In this document: positions 53,041-64,000 of the stretch, piece after piece
How positions within the stretch are numbered: position 1 is the first letter of the stretch
How the letters are laid out: each line of letters starts with the position of its first letter
NCBI RefSeq assembly: GCF_006345805.1
Contig: NC_043001.1
Coordinates: 92,876,001 to 92,940,000, forward strand
DNA from: Octopus sinensis
Lineage: Eukaryota
Reading direction: 5' to 3'
DNA length: 64,000 nt
Position numbers and translations under genes: made by a program
The notes under the pieces: model-generated
Database searches by the model: none
Seen by the model: the letters and a program-made list of their open reading frames with translations, nothing else
What the model was told of the DNA's origin: nothing

Positions 53041-53832
53041 GTGTGTGTGTGTGTGTGTGTGTCTACATGTCTGTGCATGTGTGTTTGTATGTATACAATA
53101 TGTTACATAAGAATAAATGTGATTCATGACACATGTGCATATATTTCACTCCAAACAAGCTTTTCAGATGAATGGGTTAATTTTAATTTATAGAATTTAT
53201 AGCAAAGAGAGGGAGGGGCTATCTGGTCATATGAATTTTCTAAATATAAACAATTTATTTTCTGTCCACAAAGATATTGCATATAAAGTGTTTATGTCTG
53301 TGCATTTAGAGTGTTATTTAAAAATCTATTGATATAGTCTGCCTTATGGTATAGCAGAGAAACATGTTAACCTACTAGTAATCAAATTAACTGCTAAGAA
53401 TGATGTTATTTGCAAATTGATCTATTCAGTTTACTTAAGTCCCTAGTATTAGTGGGTATATAAATAAAGACAAAGACAGTTAAAAAGGGACACTCAGTAG
53501 CTGATGAAATTCCAACACAAGATTGGAATTAGTCTAACCGTTCCTTCTTCTATTCCTGAATGTATTGCATATAAAAACAAGTCACTGATTAAAAACCTAC
53601 AGATTTATTTTGTCATACAGCATGGAATTGAAACAAAACACTATTAAGCCTATTACTAACATTCGTAGTTTATTAAAGAATCCAACTTGCAAGAATGCAT
53701 CATACATGAAATCTGTTTACCTAGTTTATTTAATCTCTTAGTAATCATTGAGTTTATAAATACCACTTTTGTGAACGAGGTGGCTCAGTTGCAGATGAAA
53801 TCTAAACACAGGCTTGTTCTTCATATATATAT

Positions 53833-54587
53833 ATCATCATCATCATTTAACGTCCGCTTTCCATGCTAGCATGGGTTGGACGGTTCAACTAGGGTCTGAG
53901 GAGCCCGAAGGCTGCACCAGGCCAGTCAGATCTGGCAGTGTTTCTACAGCTGGATGCCCTTCCTAACGCCAACCACTCCGAGAGTGTAGTGGGTGATTTT
54001 ATGTGCCACCGACACATGTGCCAGACGAGGCTGGCGAACGGCCACGCTCGGATGGTGTTTTTTTTTATGTGCCACCGACACAGTGCCAGACGAGGCTGGC
54101 AGACGGCCACGCTCGGATGGTGTTTTTATGTGCCACCGACACAGGTGCCAGATGAGGCTGGCGAACGGCCACGATCGGATGGTGTTTGTTAAGTGCCCAC
54201 AGCACGGAGGCCAGTCGATGCGGTACTGGCTACGGCCACGTTCGGATGGTTTTCTTGTATGCCACCGGCACTGGTACCACAAAGATACAAATTCCATTGA
54301 TGTTCATCTATTTTGATTTGATTTGATTTGATTTTGATTTTGATTTTCACTTGCCTCAACAGGTCTTCACAAGATGTTCATCTATTTTGATTTGTTTTGA
54401 TATGATTTGATTTGATTTTGATTTTGATTTGCCTCACCAGGTCTTCACAAGTGTCCCAAGAAGGAAGGTATGCACAGGTGGACTGACTACGTCCCAGGTA
54501 GGGGTCACGGGTTATGGCCTGACTTGCTGGGTCTTCGGATGGTGTTTTTATGTGCCACCGACACAGGTGCCAGATGAGGCTGGCGAA
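53833..54587 (-). mobile_element. 5'-truncated RTE LINE: whole 3' UTR with about 62-bp tandem units, (ATCAA)n tract and (TGA)n tail
   Basis: Reaches the ORF end near 54535 (GAAGACCCAGCAAG; compare 10400-10410); at least four units at 54000-54260. Confidence 0.88.
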
Positions 54588-57500
54588 ATATATATATATA
54601 TATATAATGTAAAGAGAGAGGCAGACAGACAAATATACAGTAATACAGAACATATAACTGAATACTATTAATGCACCAATGATTTGTTAAATTATTTATA
54701 TATAAAAACATACTTGAAGATCAAGCAATGGTACCAAATAATTAGTATGATAGCTGTAATTTATTTGACCAGTTTATTTATTGCCTGTGGTCCAGTAACA
54801 TTGTCAAGTCAATCAATCAAACATTACATTTGTAGTACTTAATTCATTAATATATGCTAACATATTCCAATAGCCACCAGAGTAAGAAAAGGTAAAAGTG
54901 ACCTCAGTGAAATTTGAGCTTATAATGAAGAAAGGACTAAAACTGCCAAGAGGTATGCTTAAGAAATCTAACTGAAATTAATGCTTTCATATTAAAAACA
55001 TGGTGCTAAACCAAGAGAAAAGAACCTTATGTGTTTTTTATTTTTATTTTTAATTTGAAGACTACATTTCAATTAATGTAGACTTGATTTGGCAGCATGT
55101 ATCAAACTTCATGCTGATGCAGTGATAATATTCTGTAAAAATGAGTTAATTAAAAATATAATTACTTTTGTGACATTTACATGCTATATATAAGTTATTG
55201 ATTATTTTGCATCACCAGTATACTATTATTTCAAAAGTAAATGGAAAATAAAGATTTGGAATTTGCGGATAGACAGCAGGCTGTCACAACTATTGCTTTG
55301 TCTCAAAGCTGCAGGTTCCCTACCTCTTTTTACACACAAAATAAAACAAATCAAATATATAGGATTTGAAAATAATAAACATGCAAATGTAATTTGCCCT
55401 GGAGTTTAAACATTTGATGAACATGGTGAAGGCAAGTTCTAGTTATTCAGTACTTATAGCGATTTATTTGTTATCAATGAGCAATTATCTAACCAACCCT
55501 GGGATAATCCTGTTAGGCTAGTAGGGAATCTTAAATGACAATCCTGTAAGTAGGTAGCCCAATAGCAATTTTTAGCTAAGTGGAGAACTGGATGCTGTGT
55601 ACTAGAGTCAGGCTGTCTGTCTAGTATGCTTGCTGACACTAAAGATTAGATTTGGAGTGATATAAATTGCTGCTGACACTCTTCTAGAGAATGAAGAGGT
55701 TTGAATTAAGACTGGTAACTGGTTGTCGCAGTATGTATATGTGTTTGACAATGTATAAGTGGAAACAGAAGTGTGTACATCATAGATGTATAGTCAGAGA
55801 CTTTGGATTTAGCCAAGTTTGATGTTAAGGGAATTTGAGGTGTTAAGTAGAAAGTTTGTCGATTACTTTAAATGAATGACCCTACAAAGAGTATAATAAT
55901 GGTTAGTGAAGAACAGGATAAGTATTTATGATTTATTTTCTTTGAAGACAAAAACAAATCTCAAGATACCAAAAGTTATTGATTACTTGCATAAGCTGAA
56001 GACCTCAGATTATTAAGAGACGAATATTGTGATTGTGTAATGTTTATGCTTTTCTCAATAGCTCTGTAAAGGGAATGGAATGGCTTAAAAGATCGTGATT
56101 GAAACCAGTTCATGATCTCAGTGCTCAAGGAGTTTATCTGTTGCTTTATTATGTTTTCCATTGCATCAGTAATTCATTGTTTAAAGATTCACAGGAGAGC
56201 TATAGATGGCTACTGACTAAAAAAGTCACTGGACTACATGATAATGGGTTCGATATACACATCCTGACAAGAACAATATGCTGCATCCATTCTAAAGATA
56301 CTTTAGACAACTCAGTCTTCTTAACAGTTGATAGGGACCACAGAATAAGTCACACTCTTAAAAAAAAAATGAAGAAAAAAACTAGATAGGGTGGAATCTA
56401 ATTGTACAGTGCCTGAGAAGAAGATTGCTGGAATGTTTTTGATTAGAAATCAGCTCTACCAGAAGTGACATGTGGTAGAAGAAGATGAAATAGTTGTAGT
56501 GTTAGTAGTTAGCAAGTATTTTGTTGATTTACAATACCGATCTCAAATGCTCTCAGAGATAGTGATTCTAGCTTAGCAAAGATTTATCTCCCAACTACTT
56601 AATGCTACATAAACAGGAATTTACTGCTAGTCTAGGAGATCTGTAAAGATAATTAAATTACTATATGTGTCAGGAGAAAGAACATTATTCATGAACCTTT
56701 GCAGGTCCTTGAGGGAGGGGATTCTCAAATTACGGGCCTAGCCCTGATACTTGTAACAGAGTGGATACTGCTAAAAGCACCCAAGGGCCAGGTAGTGGTA
56801 TTTTAATCAGGAAACAAATTGGCTCTGCTACCCAAGTAAGCCACAGAGAGATTCCAGCCTGGAATGCAAAAAGCCAGAACACATACCACAAGGCATCCTG
56901 ATTGATGCTTTTAGCAATTTTGCTAGTCCGCCACCCTAAACTGGTACTTTATTTATCTATCCCAGCAGAATGAAAACCTAAATCAATTTCAGCTAGATTT
57001 AAAATCAGAATGCAAGAAACCAGAATAATTACTACAAAGCATTTTATCCTCTGACTTTGTCAGTTTGCTCGAATGATTTTGCAAGTAGAGAGAATAAGAA
57101 TTATCACACATTGTTCATAGTTTTCAGCAGGCATTTAGAGATATAAAGTGAAGCAGTGAAAACACTTTGTAAATAAGAATGAAAACAAAATAATAAATAT
57201 GGCTTGCCATAATTTTAACCCTTCTGATGAAATGCACTGCTTTTGTGTCCATTAATTTTGAAAATTATATAAAAAATTTCTGAAATAACTTTGTCATTTA
57301 GAGTATAAATTATCAAAAAATCTTGGTCGGTGGTTTCAATTTAGATCACTTTTAAACAGGATATTTATATCAAGAACCATGGTGGTCTGGTCAAGTTAGC
57401 TGTTGTGTTTGCTCTCTCTTCATATCTGGTGTGGTACCAGATATGAATAAAAAAAATTTTTTCAGAAAAATGTACTAAAGTGGATTATGAAATATTCCTT

Positions 57501-59149
57501 TTCCTCACTGTGGCACTCTTATATTTTTCGTTGTGTTGCTTGTCATTTATTTCTATTTTACTGAATATTGTGTTGACCAGTTCCAGAGTATAGAATGTTT
57601 AAAGACTTATGTCTCATGTGGTCTACAACTATAAAATAGGAGGAACTCTGTCAAATTCATACATGACAAAAATTATATTTGAAAATATATCAATTAGTAA
57701 ACAGCAATAAAATTGACCTGAATAATAATAACAATAACAATTGGAATAATGATAATAATAATAGTGACTGAAATGATTTAAAAAAATCAGAAGTAAAAGG
57801 AAAAATTTAGAATTTTCTGATTAATCTATTACCTAATTATATATAATTGCAATTTTGGTCCGTATTTTATTCTTTTTTTAAAATTATTTATATTCATTAA
57901 TTTAATGTGTATGCATCAAGATCAATGACTTGCTATTCAATTGCTTTCTATAACAACAATGTAAATAAAAATAATAAATAAATAAAAATATGGTGTCTTC
58001 TGATGATTACAAAATGTTTCATACGCACACATATACAAACACGTGTGTGGGAATAGAACAACACACTAAATTTCAGCACAGAAACACACATACAATAAAC
58101 ACATTTCCCCAAATAACAACATTACACACACACACACATGCACGCATGCACACACACACACACACACACACACAAACATGTACACACACTCTCAAATGTC
58201 TGCATGCATACAAACACACACAAAGATAACACATTTGCAGTTTTACATAAACAACAAAAAATTTACAAAATATACATACAATAATTTTTAAAAATGCACG
58301 TGCATCATATTACACATTCAAAGATCACTCCCATACATTTTAACATATACATACATATATGTGTGTGTGTGTGTGTATAAACCTATAAAAATATATAAAT
58401 ATACAAACAGGAAAAAAAAAGAAATACACTACATGTAAACTCATGAACGTACACATGTGTGTGATGATTTTCTGAAAACCATATTCACATATAAACTTGC
58501 AAAAAAAAAAAAAATCCCTTAAATACACACACATCACACGTACAGACACTTTTTCTGTTTCTCTATCTTACTCTCTCACTAGTGCCATTTCTTTCTTTTA
58601 TTAACATACACATGTGTATATAAACACGCACACATATTTAGAAAAAATGAAAATAATTCAACTACTTCCTTAGACACACAAACGTGTAAATGTGCACATT
58701 TCTAAATATAAACTAGTGTACAGCCATGCTCAGATACAAACTCACACACTCACGTTTTCTCTATCTCAGTCTCTCATGCACACATACTCAGGTACATATG
58801 CACACTTTACATATATACACAAGTTCATGCATAAATCAAAGTTAAAAATATACTTTTCACATTCATTCAACAATTTCATAACCTGGTATCAAAAACAGAA
58901 AAGTAATTGAAGTGAAAATAAAATAAAAAGTGACTGAAATTCAAATACTGTTTTTTTTCTTTTTTTCATTTTCCTTTTTCTTTTTTGAAATAGAAAAAAG
59001 TGAGCTTTTCATAATTAAGCAGATAACGAAGAGAAATAAGCATGATACTGATAAAGAAGCAAAATAGACAGATCAATAGATAGATAGACTGACAGATAAA
59101 AAGATAGATAGAAAGACAGTTGTGTGTGCGTATATATTTATATGCGTGT

Positions 59150-59460
59150 GTACGTCTATACAAAGTGGGCCATAACAAAACATTTTAGATACAAGTATCT
59201 TGCATTATAAAAATAATACTTGATATAGTTATTAAATAACTGATATACAGGAGTCTAACGTATCTAAGATTTTACTATTTTTCACAAATAGTTGGTGTTG
59301 GTAACCCTCATAATATTGTGGATTCAAAAAGAAATTGCATTTGTGGTCGAAGCATTCTTCACCAGCCAAAGATCCATCATTGCAAACCAAAGAAAACTCT
59401 GACAGCAATTTGGAAAACAATGGGCACTATCCTGAAATGTGATCCTGCATGCTGTTAGAA
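59150..59460 (+). pseudogene. Tc1/mariner-superfamily (DUF4817-type HTH) transposase N-terminal remnant
   Basis: KEIAFVVEAFFTSQRSIIANQR resembles the RAFVVEAYF...RS....QR pattern. Confidence 0.55.
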
Positions 59461-60181
59461 ACTTGACTTGTGACCAACCAGTAACAAAAATACAGTTGAC
59501 AAGAACAGTAGCACTGCCAACAACAAAAATAACCTCACCATCTATAATAAAACAATACAACAAACACCACCATAATTACTAACTCACCAATTTTTTACTA
59601 ACCACCTGGCAACAACTATAATAGTACCAGCATGATAGCAATGTGTGTAGCTACCTATATTCTATGTCAACACAACAGTGTGTGTGTGTGTTTCAGTAAA
59701 CTGTTATAATTTTGTGGCTCAAGTCAGAGATGGAAAGTACCCATGAACCTGGTAACCCTTCAACCAACTGTAATCATACCATTCCTTCCACTTCTCTCTT
59801 TCACTCTTTTATCTTATCATTTCGATAGAAATAAGACGAATTTTTCTCTTGCAAAACGCTTCTTTCTTAGTCCTGTATTATTTACTTCATAATTTTTGTG
59901 GGTAATTGTTTTTTACTACCACTAGGATTTACCTACAATTCAAGATATCTGAGATAAAAAGGTATCATGTGGAATTGAAGTGTGAAAAGGGTTGTAAAGG
60001 GATTACACTAAATTTCAAGATGTTTTAAGAAGGACTGATGCTGGGAGAAAAAATCAACCTCACTACCAAAACATTACAGCTTGCAACATTTTCTATGAGA
60101 ACAATAAGTGACAGTAGAGAAAAAATTAAGTTAAGTGCTTAATAAGTTAATTTGTTAACTCAAACCATATATTTTTCATAG

Positions 60182-60733
60182 ATCATCATCATCATCATCA
60201 TCATCATCATTTAGTGTCCGCTTTCCATGCTAGCATGGGTTGGACGGTTCAACTGGGGTCTGGGAAGCCAGAAGGCTGCATCAGACCCAGTCTGATCCGG
60301 CAGTGTTTCTACGGCTGGATGCCCTTCCTAACGCCAACCACTCCGTGAGTGTAGCGGGTGCTTTTTACGTGCCACCCGCACAGGTGCCAGACGGGGCTGG
60401 CAAACAGCCACGGATGGATGGTGCTTTTTATGTGCCACCGGCATGGGGGCCAGGCGGGACTGGCCAACGACCACGATCGGATGGTGCTTTTTACATGCCA
60501 CCAGCACGGGGGCCAGGTGAGACTGGCAACGGCCACGAAGGGATGGTGCTTTTTACGTGCCACCGGCACGGAGGCCAGTCGGGGCAGTGCTGGCAACGGC
60601 CACAATCGGACGGTTCGCTTACTTGTCACCGGCACTGGTATCACAGCTGCAATTTCCATTGATGTTGATCGACTTAGATTTTGGTTCTGCTTTCTGATAT
60701 CTGATTTGATTTGATTTTGATTTTGATTTACTT
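60182..60733 (-). mobile_element. RTE 3'-UTR copy with about five tandem units
   Basis: Same family as 53833-54587. Confidence 0.88.
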
Positions 60734-60799
60734 TTGATATAGTTATTAAATAACTATATCTAAAGTGGATCTCCTCCTGAGTCGTTGAGGATCAGACTA

Positions 60800-61760
60800 G
60801 ACATAATGTTTGCAGACAAATGTGAAACTTCTAATGAGAAGCTTTTCTGGCTAGTAAAGGCTGGTTTGAAAGGTTTAAGAAGCTGTTGAATTTCCAAACT
60901 ATATAAATGACTGGTAATGCTGCCAAACAAGAGGTATTGCTGACTTGAATTTTAAAACGCCCTTTTGTCGAGTATCAATTTATCAAAAAAAAAAGCTTTA
61001 TTTATAACAGTATTAACATATGAAATGATATTTTACCATGAAAGCTAAAAAACATTTTTTCGCTGTCAAATTTTTTTTTAAATCATTAAAAACCCACCTT
61101 CTGCTGAACCAAACTCAATTATAAACTTTATTTTATAGACCTACAGTTTTATATTTCTAGACTTAAAGAGATTTACTTTTTATATACACTTCTGACCACC
61201 TTGCTTGCATGCAAGGAATGTTTCTTTTTTTTTATAATTACTGACCTATTTATTTTTTATCTTTTGACCTCCCACCAACTTGCTCAGATCAGCTAAGCTG
61301 CCAAAGGGCTTAATCCGATTTTTTATGCAATCTTTGAAAAATTTCTTATTGTAATCAGTATAAAAATATTTGATGTAAATTGGATTAATAAATATATTTA
61401 TTATTTATTTATTAATTGTTAATACATAGACTATGGCTAATTACCCTGAACCACTGAAAAAAAAAATATTGCTTAGTGGGACTACACACCACAGCAAGTA
61501 TGCAACATTGATTAAACTGCATTTTCCCAGATGTGCATGTAACATAAAAATACAAAATGAATTTAAATTGGTATGAATTTCTCAATGAGCTGTGCTAAGA
61601 GATGATGCACCATAAACATCAAACAACTCTGGATAAGTTCTTCATCCCACAAACAAATTGTGATGATGATAAACTCAATAGCAGAAGATAGTGTAAATCT
61701 CAGTCCATCACCATCATCTCATTCCATCACCATCCTTAACATCAGCAGTCATCTTTTGTA
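60800..61760 (+). pseudogene. pogo/Tigger transposase remnants
   Basis: ASKGWFERFKK (~60850) and KHQTTLDKFF (~61615). Confidence 0.7.
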
Positions 61761-62320
61761 GTAAGAATATCCATTGTCATGATATGATTCATTTCCTATC
61801 CTATTTCTTTTGAAATTTATACATTCAGTACTGTGTATGTTTAGAAATTGTTATTTTCATGCATAAAAGTGGTTGTACTGCTTGTTTTTTGTTGTTTTTC
61901 GTTTGAAAATATCCATTGAGACTTATTCTCACTTCATAACATGAGAAAATATATCTTATTCTCATTTCATAACATGAGAAAATATATCTTGCATCATGGA
62001 ATTTTATGTTGCAGCAAGTTTTTCAGGAACACATAACTCACTTATCAAAGGAGATTCTTGTATTTAGTCATCACTGCTTTTGTAAATTCATTAAAATTTA
62101 CCAGATACATAATATGTGTCATATTCAAACACCCTTGCTATATACACAATACAAACACTCTTGCTATATACACAATACAAACACTCTTGCTATATACATG
62201 ATACAAATTCACATACATTTCAATAAATTTCAAATTCCTTTTCATAATGCATAGCAAAGATGGAAAAAAATTCCATGATCTGACCTGAATTTGTTCAGCT
62301 TACAAAAGACAGAGATGGCA

Positions 62321-62347
62321 TACTCACCTGAAAATAAAAAAAAAGAA
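62321..62347 (-). other. Juxtaposed 3'/5' splice-site motif (candidate recursive splice site)
   Basis: Minus strand TTC(T)n ATTTTCAG|GTGAGTA. Confidence 0.35.
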
Positions 62348-64000
62348 TAATCATTATAATAAAATTTTTTAATTAGTAATTTAATACATAGACATGAAGC
62401 CTCAAATAATTAGGGGATGGGGAAAGGGTTATAATGATTATAAGTCTTACCTGAATGTATTAATAATGTAAGAAACGTCTATAATGGTTCTATCCAGGAA
62501 GTAAGTCATTATATCACTTTAACAGGAAATTATGTCTAATCTATGGACATCTACATCTTTGTCCTTGTAATAATGAAGTCCAAAATGTAGATGATTAGAA
62601 ATAAATGCTACTAAGTTTTTAATTAAATGATTTACTATCTATGCCATTATACATGTCCTACTCTCTTACTTTACAAATATTACCATACTACCTCCTTGCT
62701 TTTGGTGGTGTGTTAATGTCGATGACTTAAAAATGTAAACTGTTTGATGGAGAATCATAGAACATCAGATTAAAAATCAAATACTCTTTCAGCTTGTCCT
62801 ACATTAGAAGTTCATCCTCCAGTATTGGTAAAGCAAGTGCACCAAATCATATATTAAAGTCAATATAATTGACAAGACCAGTTCCTTATGATTGGGTTCT
62901 TTAAATTAGAATATTGTTTCTCGACATTGCCAAAGTCATCTTGATGCAATTGTTTTACTTCCTTGCATCATTCTTACATTATCTTATCTCCTAGATCCCA
63001 TATTGTATATATTTCCTAATCCTCTGTGTATGTGTGCATTAGCATGCATATGTGTTTATATGAGTAAGTTGTTTAATATTTGGCATATTTTTTCCAATCT
63101 AGTATACTATAAAAATTATACAAATTATAATTCTTATACTGGATATTGGATCATATGTCTTAAAACATGATGGCTTTCTTGAAACTACCTGATTTATTGA
63201 TGTATATATAATGCATACTTTTTCCCAGATTTTTGGACCTAAAAATTATATGCATCATACATGAGAAATAAATGTTAAACATTTATTTTTGTGGTTATTT
63301 TCAGGATGGCATAAGTTACACTTATTGTCAAAGCTAACTTATATATCTCATCTCTTCTCTGCAACTCTTCTAATCACTTTTTCCTACATCCATCTTTGCA
63401 TTACTCAGATACTCAGGGATGTCTACTGCTCTAAAATTACATAGTAAATTAAACACTAAAATACTGGATATAATGAGAGAAGAAATATTAACTAAAATTA
63501 CACATTTATGAAAACCATTTGTGCATCAGGTTTTGGTAAGTTGTGTTGATGTATAAAATATTTTTCAAAGGTATTCATTCACACAACTGCTTCTTATTGT
63601 TGTAATCCTTTTGTCTGATACATTAAGAAATAGTAAACCAAAGATACCATTCAACCATAATTAGTGAAGGTATAGACTATCTGGTGCTTATGGTTAATGT
63701 TACACACAGATCAGGGAAAGAGATAAATTCTTTGATATAGACAAATTTTTAGCATAGATATTTGGATGCAGTTTAAAATTGACAAATGTGGATGGCCTGT
63801 GGGAAATAGCTTTCCACTTCCTAAAACCACTGAAGTAGAATGTGAGATATAAATATTTGGTGTTGCATGATGATTATGTAAATAAGAAAAATCTGAGACA
63901 TAAAACTGGAGAATACTGTAGGGTGTGTTGGAAAATCTTAGAAACACAGCTAGATAGAAGGAAAATTATGAGATATGAGATATTCTGCAACCTACCTTCA

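Noticed and set aside
53501-53535. CTGATGA followed by a perfect stem (also at 4040-4060) as hammerheads
   Set aside because: No GAAA after stem II and no NUH/stem I closure.
53990-54300. CRISPR-like regularly spaced repeats (also at 41520-41700 and 60350-60640)
   Set aside because: Whole units of about 60 bp are repeated with no unique spacers, no cas genes and a eukaryotic context; they are part of an RTE 3' UTR.
59232-59420. Minus-strand ORF with EFSLVC resembling an SLC22-type motif
   Set aside because: In-frame stop just after the only good acceptor; the plus strand is better explained as a transposase remnant.
61922-62200. Short tandem duplications (about 33 bp x2 at 61922-61990; about 26 bp x2-3 at 62134-62200; also 17876-18050)
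   Set aside because: Ordinary slippage duplications with no further structure.

Overview
AT-rich, microsatellite-dense animal genomic DNA. The SINE and RTE repeat families resemble those I recall from Octopus genomes (inference, not a database match). The window is mostly intronic/intergenic and full of mobile-element debris: tRNA-head SINEs, 5'-truncated RTE LINEs, mariner/Tc1/pogo relics and MITEs, Helitrons, a Chapaev-like relic and Penelope-like (PLE) pLTR elements. The only long intact ORF is the 920-aa endonuclease/reverse-transcriptase ORF2 of a young CR1-group LINE (440-3202, minus). It is preceded by a 5'-truncated ORF1 that overlaps it in the -1 frame. The most notable structural signal is a set of minimal type I hammerhead ribozyme motifs in short PLE-like elements, including a perfect 159-bp inverted repeat that carries one hammerhead on each strand (49504-49829). 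Host genes show only as tentative exons: a signal-peptide-like coding exon at 46170-45951 (minus) and a phase-compatible chain of short plus-strand exons at 33.7-37.6 kb. No host gene could be named. No tRNA, rRNA or CRISPR is supported. All alignments and counts were done by eye.
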